DNA from: a virus
Lineage: Duplodnaviria > Caudoviricetes
Length of the DNA stretch: 52,125 nucleotides
Virus record (IMG/VR): IMGVR_UViG_3300025642_000006
Span: 1 to 52,125 of that record
Strand: one strand, 5' to 3'
Made by a program: the position numbers and the translations under genes. The notes under the pieces were generated by a model, which had not been told where the DNA came from, did not search any database, and saw only the letters and a program-made list of their open reading frames with translations. Shown here in pieces: positions 1 through 7,724 of this stretch (positions within the stretch are counted from its first letter, which is position 1; every line of letters starts with the position of its first letter).

Positions 1-121
1 TGGGCGAAATGAACATTGCCGGGATGGTTCCGTCTCCATTCGCCGAGCCATCGAGGTGCCCGCGTATGAGTGATCTGTTGCTATGGTCGAGAGATCGGAA
101 GTTCGGATTGTCTCTGAATGA
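1..121. repeat. Terminal direct repeat (identical to 52005-52125); circular-assembly overlap
   Basis: tgggcgaaatgaacattgcc...tctctgaatga is present at both ends, 121 bp; an ORF reads continuously across the join. Confidence 0.95.
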
Positions 122-560
122 GACCATTCTGCTGGAGGGACTAAAGGAATGCACGGATTCCGGTTCCGAAGAAACTGGCGGCATACTTGTCGGCTATTAC
201 ACGCCCGCGCACGATTGCGCCGTTGTCACCGCACTCGGCGGACCGCCGGAGGACTCCATCCGTGGGCCGAGGCTCTTTGAACGAGGGACAAAAGGCATCC
301 AACGCTGGATTTCCCGTCTGTGGCGGGAACAGAGGCACTTCTATCTTGGTGAATGGCATTACCACCCAGGAGGAACGCCTGTTCCCAGTCCGGACGATAG
401 AGAGCAGATGCAGAAATTGAGTAAGGACAGAAACCTGAAATGCCCAGAGCCCATATTGCTGATCATTGGCGGAAACCCAAGAGGAGCGTGGATAGCGAAA
501 GCGTATGTTTTTCCTGTGGATAAAGAATATGTCGCACTGACGGCAATGGGGCGGAGGTGA
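66..560 (+). CDS. JAB/JAMM (Mov34/MPN) metallo-isopeptidase, CBASS Cap3-like; can also be read from ATG 51971 across the circular join
   Basis: EETGGILVG ... YLGEWHYHPGGTPVPSPDD is an intact E...HxHx7Sx2D JAMM motif; GAGGTG RBS at 53-58 precedes ATG 66. Confidence 0.9.
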   Translation: MSDLLLWSRDRKFGLSLNETILLEGLKECTDSGSEETGGILVGYYTPAHDCAVVTALGGPPEDSIRGPRLFERGTKGIQRWISRLWREQRHFYLGEWHYHPGGTPVPSPDDREQMQKLSKDRNLKCPEPILLIIGGNPRGAWIAKAYVFPVDKEYVALTAMGRR

Positions 561-652
561 TTATGCAGGCCATCCCGTACACGGATTTTCCCCTTGAGGA
601 GATGAAAATATGGGTACAGAATGGCGTGATGATGCTGCCGTCTGAGTACTAA
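536..652 (+). pseudogene. C-terminal fragment of a DUF6876-like protein (could be re-initiated at ATG 563 as a 29-aa peptide)
   Basis: Frame reads TDGNGAEVIMQAIPYTDFPLEEMKIWVQNGVMMLPSEY*, matching the DGNG...QxIPYTDFPL...LPSEY C-terminus I recall for DUF6876; GGAGG at 553-557. Confidence 0.7.
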
Positions 653-678
653 ACCAAAACGACACGAAAGGGAATCCG

Positions 679-1059
679 ATGAAAATCAGCATAACGACAG
701 ATGAAACGAGAGTCTCCGAACTTGTGAAGAGCGGTGGGTGGGCATACACCCACCGCTACAACCAGACGCAGTGCGGATGTGATGCTATTGAACACATGTT
801 GGTAGAGGCTATAAACAGGCCGGCGATCATTGCAAGTATTCTAGCAGCGTCTTACGACCAGAACCCGGAATACGTGAAGGCAGCCCGCGCCGCCCTGGGC
901 ATGACGCAGGCCGAGCTTGCCGAATCGCTGGGCGTGGCGACCGATACAGTATCCTCGTGGGAGCAGGGGGAGCGGAACCCCTCCGCACCTGCCAAGAAGC
1001 TCATTGACATGATGACTAAGCGAACGAAGAAGAACCGACCAGCATCCACCAGTACATGA
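679..1059 (+). CDS. XRE/Cro-family helix-turn-helix regulator (C-terminal HTH)
   Basis: VKAARAALGMTQAELAESLGVATDTVSSWEQGERNPS is a canonical HTH_3 pattern; AAAGGGA RBS. Confidence 0.88.
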   Translation: MKISITTDETRVSELVKSGGWAYTHRYNQTQCGCDAIEHMLVEAINRPAIIASILAASYDQNPEYVKAARAALGMTQAELAESLGVATDTVSSWEQGERNPSAPAKKLIDMMTKRTKKNRPASTST

Positions 1060-1097
1060 AAGCGTACTGGTACTGAAAAGCGTACTGGTTCCCCCAG

Positions 1098-1133
1098 ACG
1101 GCCCGTGTTTAACCGCACGGGCCGTTTTCTTTC
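1098..1133 (+). terminator. Rho-independent terminator of the JAB-XRE module
   Basis: acggcccgtg / cacgggccgt 10-bp stem followed by tttctttc. Confidence 0.75.
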
Positions 1134-1155
1134 CCATTTCCAACCGGGCACGGAT

Positions 1156-1460
1156 GGAACGGAATAATTACCCGCGATATATTCCGTTTCTCGAATGACA
1201 ATAAAAACCGCACAAACACGGCATAGGATTGCATTTCACAAACGGAACGGAATAATTACATTCCTATTTCTCCGATGGCCGCCACCCGATATTGGCTTAT
1301 CCCACCAAAGCGGAAAACCCCCACTGTACTGTGCAAGGTGTGCGCCTAACTGTGCATGGTGTGCAGCAAACTGTGCAAATTGCACGCTTGCCCGAGGTTT
1401 TGCCGCTCTTTGTTCCCTAGTTTGCGCTCTGTGTGCCTTAGTGTGTGCCTAACTTGTGTC
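1156..1460. repeat. Non-coding repeat tract: 2x GGAACGGAATAATTAC and phased TGTGC motifs
   Basis: 16-mer at 1156-1171 and 1244-1259; ~21-bp units actgtgca(a/t)ggtgtgc.. from ~1328. Confidence 0.7.
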
Positions 1461-1792
1461 TATTCGTGTGCTACATATCCACCCTGCCTCATAATCCAAT
1501 CAGCTTCATTAGCATAGCGCACATCAGTGAACGCTATATCCCCTGCTGGCAAGGGCTGAACAGCCTTAATCCAGTAGTCGGGGTCTTCAAGCCTGCGCGA
1601 CCTTCCAAGCGAAACCATTAGATGCCTATACTCCTCCTTTTTTGCCTGTAGTTCATCAATAGTAATCATTAGTGTGTCGGCCAATTCTCGCTTTAATGGA
1701 TCAGCGAATGCTACCCTAGTAAAGGTAGATGGAAGAGCATCAAATGCTGTATCCTTACCAACCTTGCTATATCCTGCGAATCCTATAATCAT
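1460..1792 (-). CDS. Deoxynucleoside monophosphate kinase (T4 gp1-like), apparently C-terminally truncated
   Basis: IIGFAGYSKVGKDT P-loop, FADPLK, DPDYWIK, FTDVRYANEADWI..GG; ends at only 110 aa. Confidence 0.8.
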   Translation of the reverse strand: MIIGFAGYSKVGKDTAFDALPSTFTRVAFADPLKRELADTLMITIDELQAKKEEYRHLMVSLGRSRRLEDPDYWIKAVQPLPAGDIAFTDVRYANEADWIMRQGGYVAHE

Positions 1793-2052
1793 GTTCTATT
1801 CCTTAACTTTGCACATTTATACAGTTCCTCAGCACCCATAAAATCAAAGATTTTCTCCATAACATCCTTTCGGTATAACGCTGGAATCCCCTCTATAAAA
1901 GTGCCTTTCCACTCTTCAGGAATATCAGCATACTCTCTAGCCATTCGTGCGATGTATTTGCATGAATAGTCCGGGTCGGTCCTGTCAACTTTTACACGGT
2001 CTATGGTAGTTCGTTTTATTCCTAACTGCGCCCTTCCGTTCATTTTCTGCAC
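1789..2052 (-). CDS. Hypothetical protein
   Basis: Overlaps neighbours in the leftward operon; AAGGAG RBS. Confidence 0.6.
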   Translation of the reverse strand: MQKMNGRAQLGIKRTTIDRVKVDRTDPDYSCKYIARMAREYADIPEEWKGTFIEGIPALYRKDVMEKIFDFMGAEELYKCAKLRNRT

Positions 2053-2249
2053 TCCTTAATCATTCGGTTTATTGCCTCCCTAAGTACCGGCCATTCAGCG
2101 GAATCTACTCGAATCTTGTTTTCAAGTTGTGAAACCTCGACGAACTCTCCACACGCTTCGTCAACAATAGTCACGGTGAACATCGCTTCATCGAATACTG
2201 CCATTCCCTCTGGTCCTACTATTACTTGCGTAGTTCTGATTTCGATCAT
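2040..2249 (-). CDS. Hypothetical phage protein (MIEIRTTQVIVGPEG...)
   Basis: AAGGAG RBS, coupled to neighbours. Confidence 0.65.
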   Translation of the reverse strand: MIEIRTTQVIVGPEGMAVFDEAMFTVTIVDEACGEFVEVSQLENKIRVDSAEWPVLREAINRMIKECRK

Positions 2250-2458
2250 GCCAGACACTCCTTTGTTTTGCCGCCGCTCAAATTGGCGTCTGCCATATAC
2301 TTTGCGTACATACACCAGCATTCCGCCTCGCAATCAATCCTGCACATTACGCCGCACCCGCCGGGGTGTTCCCATCCTTCGGAGTCCGCCGGACACGAGC
2401 CGGTCTTGTCTGCCAGCAGCCTTCCGGCAGCCAATAAAGCATCTTTGTATATCGTCAT
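2246..2458 (-). CDS. Small Cys-rich hypothetical protein
   Basis: ATG 2458 abuts upstream stop; CP...C...C...C..CW pattern. Confidence 0.55.
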   Translation of the reverse strand: MTIYKDALLAAGRLLADKTGSCPADSEGWEHPGGCGVMCRIDCEAECWCMYAKYMADANLSGGKTKECLA

Positions 2459-2646
2459 TATTCTGTGCTCCCTTCTCGCTCCTTTTTTTTGCGCCCCTCC
2501 CTCATCTTGGCTACCCAAAACGGGGTCGGCTCTTCCGTGTGTTCTTTAAGCAGCGCACCGCTTGCGTTGGGCGGCAACACCAGCTTCGAGCCGACATCAT
2601 CCCACCAGCGCAACGCTTCTGTCATCATCTCGTTTGCTTGTTTCAT
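2458..2646 (-). CDS. Hypothetical protein
   Basis: GAGGAAGAAGGG upstream; operon packing. Confidence 0.5.
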   Translation of the reverse strand: MKQANEMMTEALRWWDDVGSKLVLPPNASGALLKEHTEEPTPFWVAKMREGRKKKEREGSTE

Positions 2647-2681
2647 ATCTTCCCTTCTTCCCTCGAATTGGCTACATGGCC

Positions 2682-2936
2682 CTAACTGGCGTTGGGTGCG
2701 AGTGAGATGATGAGTGAAAATAGCGAATCTGCACCCATGTTCCCACTATCGCCAGACTCGTTAAACAAATGCCACTTTCGATCCTGCCACCCAATTTTCC
2801 CGCCAAGTGTAACTTCGCGCTCAATCTCAAGGCAACCATCCTTTAAGCAGCAAACCAGATTCGTCGAGTCTACGGCGCGCCGCGTCTTGTTGAGGCGATG
2901 TAAATCTTCTCGCTGATCATAAATCTTTTCAGTCAT
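2682..2936 (-). CDS. Hypothetical protein
   Basis: AAGGAG RBS; operon packing. Confidence 0.55.
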   Translation of the reverse strand: MTEKIYDQREDLHRLNKTRRAVDSTNLVCCLKDGCLEIEREVTLGGKIGWQDRKWHLFNESGDSGNMGADSLFSLIISLAPNAS

Positions 2937-2937
2937 T

Positions 2938-3189
2938 TCATACTCCTTCTGAGTCGCCGAGACTCACAATGTCGTTAGCCTGCTCAATGATTTTTATGAT
3001 TTGATCGAGGTCTTTTGTCATCTGACGGTAATCCTCTTGATACGTTCGGCGGGGTTCGTCTTCCCACCAATCACGCAAGGCTCGTAAATCCTCGCAGTGA
3101 TCGCGCAAGCTTTCAGCCAAGCCCAGCGGCAGGCTAACCAGCCCATCGAGGCTGCGGGGTGCTCCGGTCGTTTTATCTTTGTCGCTCAT
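2938..3189 (-). CDS. Hypothetical protein
   Basis: AAGGTG RBS; overlaps upstream stop. Confidence 0.6.
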   Translation of the reverse strand: MSDKDKTTGAPRSLDGLVSLPLGLAESLRDHCEDLRALRDWWEDEPRRTYQEDYRQMTKDLDQIIKIIEQANDIVSLGDSEGV

Positions 3190-3494
3190 AATTCACCTTT
3201 CGTTTTGTTCCGAGCCTCATCGGTGTCGTTCGGAAACATCTCAAAAATATCCACCACGGCTTGCTGAGCCACTATATTCGCTTTGTCTTTATACTTGCCA
3301 TCGCACGGGGCATTTAAAGCACCGGATCGAATTGCCCACCATACATCATTCTGCGCTTGGCCAATTAGGTGCTTCATTTTCGGATCCGCCTTAAACATCG
3401 CGAGGCGTTTCTTTGCCAGTCGTTCTTTTTCCTTGAATGATTTTAGACGAACAGCTTTCTTCTCTTCGGTGTAAGGGTTGTATTCCTTGCTCAT
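3186..3494 (-). CDS. Hypothetical protein
   Basis: AAGGAAGG RBS; operon packing. Confidence 0.6.
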   Translation of the reverse strand: MSKEYNPYTEEKKAVRLKSFKEKERLAKKRLAMFKADPKMKHLIGQAQNDVWWAIRSGALNAPCDGKYKDKANIVAQQAVVDIFEMFPNDTDEARNKTKGEL

Positions 3495-3890
3495 TTAGCC
3501 TTCCTTTCGTTCGTCGATAAGGTTGCACTTTGGGCAGTAGCAAAGGACCCTGCCCATTTCGCTCATGCCGTAACGATTAGGCGGGAAGGTAAATTCTGAA
3601 CCGCAAGCAGGACAAAGCTGTTTAGAGGAACGCGCCTTCGGCAGCCGCGCATCGCCACCCTTTGCCTCCCACTTATCGCAGTTCGCTTTCCACGCCTGAC
3701 GCGTGCTTCCCGTTCCATTGCACTCGAATGTTCTTCTGTGGTACGACGGGATTAGGAAATGTGTGCACGTCGCGCATGTTCTCGTTTCCGGGTTCATAGG
3801 GCACCAAGCTTCATGCTTCACAGATGCGGCTCTCGTTGCGTAAGGCGCACCATGCTGACAATAAGCACAAGTATATGATTCCGTTGGCAT
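3495..3890 (-). CDS. Multi-zinc-finger hypothetical protein
   Basis: CAYC...HEAWC, CATC, CPAC...CPKC motifs. Confidence 0.65.
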   Translation of the reverse strand: MPTESYTCAYCQHGAPYATRAASVKHEAWCPMNPETRTCATCTHFLIPSYHRRTFECNGTGSTRQAWKANCDKWEAKGGDARLPKARSSKQLCPACGSEFTFPPNRYGMSEMGRVLCYCPKCNLIDERKEG

Positions 3891-4225
3891 TACTGAACCT
3901 CTCCTGTCCTGTGATGGTACGCATCAACCCAGTCGATAAACCCTGCGTCTTTGGCCAGCTTGTCGGCTCCGCGTTTGACTTCTGCCTCGCTGTTTTCGCT
4001 TGCTGGCCACGGGTCCGAAACCATAATCAACTCGCACAGGGCAAAGAGGAACGGATTGCTTTCTGCCCGCTTCTTATACGCTCCGCACCAGTCGTTTTTA
4101 GAAAACCACGCTTTATTCTTCCGACAGTCACCCCAGTCGTCATCCTCATGTACTCGATCGAAATACCTGCACGACTCGCAATTTCCCGCATAGTCTTTTT
4201 TACTAGTCTTCATGTTTACCTTCAC
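3890..4225 (-). CDS. Cys-motif hypothetical protein
   Basis: CESCRYF...GDCR...DWCG pattern common in phage small proteins. Confidence 0.6.
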   Translation of the reverse strand: MKVNMKTSKKDYAGNCESCRYFDRVHEDDDWGDCRKNKAWFSKNDWCGAYKKRAESNPFLFALCELIMVSDPWPASENSEAEVKRGADKLAKDAGFIDWVDAYHHRTGEVQ

Positions 4226-4234
4226 TTTCTTCCA

Positions 4235-5131
4235 TTAACTATATTTCAATAACGTGTGGCCGCTATTTGTATTTTCAAAGATGCTTCTCACCTTCGATAC
4301 GCCTAAAAGCATCTTGAAGAACTCAACCTCATGATTTGTTATTCTCCTCTTGATGCGTTTGAGCTTTCTAATAGCCGCTGCCTTTACAATGGCAGAACGC
4401 TTAGAAACCTTCTTGCCTATACCTAATGCGTCGGCCACCATGCGTCCATACTCAGGGCCATAACGTGCATTTAACCATTTGATACGCTCTATATCGGAAT
4501 AGACAATGGGGTCCTTTTCGTAAAAACAAGGTGTGTGAAGAGGAAATCTTTCTCTCATGGCAGAAGATAACCTAGTTAGTTTCTCCTCTTTGCACGATTC
4601 ACAGCGGCGATATTGAACATTCTTATATCCAGAGCCTCCCTTTATCCACCGATCGTAATTCTCATCTAATATGTCTCCTACTCCCTTATCATGCAGATAC
4701 AGAGAATGATCATATACATCCCATGTTATATCAAGGAGTGCACTCTCTTCATCAGGATATTCGATTTCGAGTCGTCCGCATATAGGACACCTAAATAACT
4801 TATCTGCGAATATAACCGTTAATATGTCGCTTGGTTGTTTAGGCGTCCTATTCCAGCGTGTTTCATAGGTATTAGGTGTGTCCGTATATTTAGGCCATTC
4901 AATCTCCATTCCATAGTGGTTACCGTGATAATAATCGTGATCGCGATAATCCGACCGGTTGCCGTTTATTACATTTTCATGTCCTCCTACAAACAACCCA
5001 TTGATTCCACAGGTTGTGCAATAGCTATTTATTCGATAGCGAGAACCTTCCTTACATGCCTTAAATATCCTTTGATTCACATAGAGATGACCGTACATCC
5101 TACTAATTATGATAATTCCATTAGGCTTCAT
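4235..5131 (-). CDS. Hypothetical protein with CxxC pairs
   Basis: 298-aa ORF; CTTC, CPIC, CESC. Confidence 0.65.
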   Translation of the reverse strand: MKPNGIIIISRMYGHLYVNQRIFKACKEGSRYRINSYCTTCGINGLFVGGHENVINGNRSDYRDHDYYHGNHYGMEIEWPKYTDTPNTYETRWNRTPKQPSDILTVIFADKLFRCPICGRLEIEYPDEESALLDITWDVYDHSLYLHDKGVGDILDENYDRWIKGGSGYKNVQYRRCESCKEEKLTRLSSAMRERFPLHTPCFYEKDPIVYSDIERIKWLNARYGPEYGRMVADALGIGKKVSKRSAIVKAAAIRKLKRIKRRITNHEVEFFKMLLGVSKVRSIFENTNSGHTLLKYS

Positions 5132-5132
5132 G

Positions 5133-5759
5133 TTACATCCTTAGAAGTATGTCTTTCAGTTCGCGCTCGGTTAGTGATAATCCACGCCGAAACATAACTG
5201 TCTTACCAGTTATTCTGTATCCAAGCGGCTCGGCATCAAAGCTGCGTTTAGCAGCCTCAGCTTGTATAATAGACTTCTCCGACTCTAGCCACGCCTTTTG
5301 CTCAGAATCGCCTCTAACGTGATCCTTAGCGAAGGTCTGCCTAGATTGCTCTGGGGTTAATTCCTTTACATTGACTAGCAACTTATCTCCACTAGCTAAA
5401 AGCAGTGATATAGGCTCGGATAGATATTTCTCTTGCTGATGATATGGACATTACGCTAGCCGCTTAATTCCGGGAGCCGAGCTACATAGCATAAGCGGAT
5501 GAATCCCTCGTTTGCCTAGCGAATAGAATCGCATGATTATATGCTCATCAAGTCCAGTTTTATCAATAATCATTCCGATTGAATTAGGGTCGTCATCCAA
5601 TATGGTTGCAATAATCGTTCCTGCTTCAACCCAACTTTCTATTCCGCTAGTTATCAACGCACCGATTTGTTCGATTAGCCCTTCTTTATATTTTGGGTCT
5701 ATTCTCATTTTCTCAATCATGGATTCGCCTGCATCTAAGGATTCTATAACTTTATTCAT
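5133..5759 (-). pseudogene. Single ~208-codon gene split by an in-frame TAA (5451-5453)
   Basis: ORFs 5451-5792 and 5133-5381 share a frame; the gap reads *CPYHQQEKYLSEPISLLLASGDK with no further stop. Confidence 0.7.
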
Positions 5760-5760
5760 T

Positions 5761-6012
5761 TCATTCTCCTGCTTGTTTACTGTCCATTCCATACGTTAAC
5801 AAGTCAACCCCTTCATGTATGGATGAATGGGCGTATACGCACTCTCTCACCGGCTTCATATCTCCATTAGCAGTTAGCACTATTCGCGTGTTGTCTAACT
5901 TCCCGTGCTTATTTATGCACGGCCTTACGACTGTAACTTTATCTCCATAATCACGAACTATTATATGCTCGTATTGGTCCTGAAACTTACATGGGATAGC
6001 TGTTATTTTCAT
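5761..6012 (-). CDS. Hypothetical protein
   Basis: GGAG RBS before ATG 6012. Confidence 0.55.
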   Translation of the reverse strand: MKITAIPCKFQDQYEHIIVRDYGDKVTVVRPCINKHGKLDNTRIVLTANGDMKPVRECVYAHSSIHEGVDLLTYGMDSKQAGE

Positions 6013-6026
6013 TTCATCTCCATCGT

Positions 6027-7325
6027 TTATAATACAATGCTCTCGGCCAGCGTGTAGGCTCCTGTAATGTAATCCCAATGGAATACTACCTTACCTATAG
6101 AGCCTATATTCTTATCCCTCACCTTGGTTATGTGTACTTCGGTTTGTCCGTCGTTTGTTTGGTATGATCTCCAGATGCTAATTCCTACATCCGCCTTGTT
6201 GCGGAAGTTCGCGGACCCAGATATATCATAAAGAGTTGGCACCCTATAGTCCCCATTATCTAGCGGAATCATCTTGGTAGGATGGGCTACTAGAATCATT
6301 TCTATATTATGCAGCCTTCCAAAGTTTCTCAGCTTAGATAGAAACTCGGATATATATTCCGTCTCGCTCATCTTGGGTGATCGTTTATGTTCCAGTTCAT
6401 TATATGGATCAATGATGCAGGAATCGCAGCCATACTTTTTCTTAATTAGCCGTATTTTATTTAGCAACCTATCCAGCGTCATCCCCGACTCTTCGGGTGT
6501 AATGATGGAGATATGCTCTGAAAGGTGTTTTAAGGCACCGTCACGCTCTTTCTGGCTCATAGGTGGATAATGATTGCGCTCAAACATTGGCTTGCCTACA
6601 AACTTCTCTGCTAGCTTCTGGAAGTGATTCTGCAAAGGATAGTTCTCAGGCGAGAATATTGCATACTTCCATTTATGATCTCGTATGGCATTGATAACGA
6701 TCTGATCTAACCACTCGCTCTTCCCACTCGAAGGTATTCCGGTAACTATTACCAATGTTCCATGCCTATGTTTCCAGTGGGCATCCATACGCTTCCAGCC
6801 TGTAGTAATACCTGCTGATAGTTCTGGATTTTTTATGTAGTCATTGATTGCGCTGGAATAGTCCGAGAACTTAGCGACCCGTGAGGACTCATATCCAGAA
6901 GCAGTCGTCATATCGGAAAGCCTGCCCATGATGTACTCGGATAGTTCGCCAGAGTTTTCCTCCTTAGAGCGTGAACACATTTCTACGCCTAGCTTAATCA
7001 TCTTGCGCTTAGTGGTACACTCTTGCAACTCCTTCACATAGTGGCTGATATTATCCGGCACAGCGTAGGAATCCAATATATCATCAAACGTAAGTGGATC
7101 AACAGAATCCAGCGATACATACTTCGCTCTAACGGTTGATATGTCTATGGGTTCATCATTCGCTATTAGCTCGTTAATACATTGCCAGCACAAGATATGT
7201 GATGGAACAATAAAGTCATCGCCGGATATGCCCGAACCCAAGACTTTATCATTAACCGAGGAATACTCGGTCATTACGCAAACAAGCACGTTTCTCTCTA
7301 TCTCGTTTTGTCCTAACTCGCTCAT
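6027..7325 (-). CDS. Replicative SF4 helicase (DnaB-like N-domain + T7 gp4/Twinkle-type motor)
   Basis: Walker A TGIPSSGKSE, FSPEN, IIDPYNEL, LVAHPTK, LYDISGSANFRNKAD; N-terminal DnaB-like F..PSH..W..I..L....PID. Confidence 0.9.
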   Translation of the reverse strand: MSELGQNEIERNVLVCVMTEYSSVNDKVLGSGISGDDFIVPSHILCWQCINELIANDEPIDISTVRAKYVSLDSVDPLTFDDILDSYAVPDNISHYVKELQECTTKRKMIKLGVEMCSRSKEENSGELSEYIMGRLSDMTTASGYESSRVAKFSDYSSAINDYIKNPELSAGITTGWKRMDAHWKHRHGTLVIVTGIPSSGKSEWLDQIVINAIRDHKWKYAIFSPENYPLQNHFQKLAEKFVGKPMFERNHYPPMSQKERDGALKHLSEHISIITPEESGMTLDRLLNKIRLIKKKYGCDSCIIDPYNELEHKRSPKMSETEYISEFLSKLRNFGRLHNIEMILVAHPTKMIPLDNGDYRVPTLYDISGSANFRNKADVGISIWRSYQTNDGQTEVHITKVRDKNIGSIGKVVFHWDYITGAYTLAESIVL

Positions 7326-7337
7326 TATTCCTCAATT

Positions 7338-7715
7338 CTACGGTTCGCATTTGAATTTGTAGATTTTAAGATCACCTACGGTTAATGCGTTTAGCATCTT
7401 CACATCCTCTCCAGTGATGATGAAGGTATAATCCGTCACAAGAGAGCCAAGATACTCCCTAGTTTTAGCTAAGAGCTTCTCGTAATGTGCAAGCGCTGCC
7501 GCCTCATCTCTCGATGCAGAGATATATTCTTCCTTTGTTTGGGATGTATCGAACAGGGCATCTGAAGAAGCATCCAATAGCTCCTGCCATGAAGTATACG
7601 CATTCGATAACTCAACTACTTTAGACTCCTTTCCTTCTAGGAACCTAATTAGTGCTACACTTCTGCAAGCTGTATCAGAGCGTATAAGTGAATCAATAAT
7701 TCTATCCGCATTCAT
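7338..7715 (-). CDS. Hypothetical protein
   Basis: AAGGGAG RBS; 125 aa. Confidence 0.6.
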   Translation of the reverse strand: MNADRIIDSLIRSDTACRSVALIRFLEGKESKVVELSNAYTSWQELLDASSDALFDTSQTKEEYISASRDEAAALAHYEKLLAKTREYLGSLVTDYTFIITGEDVKMLNALTVGDLKIYKFKCEP

Positions 7716-7724
7716 ATTTCTCCC

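Noticed and set aside
1195-1452. Cys-rich metallothionein-like ORF (CARCAPNCAWCAANCANC)
   Set aside because: Lies downstream of a terminator with no clear RBS; the Cys-Ala pattern is a by-product of TGTGC DNA repeats
5451-5453. Stop-codon reassignment (alternative genetic code)
   Set aside because: Only an isolated in-frame TAA; long genes are intact under the standard code and all three stops are used as normal ends
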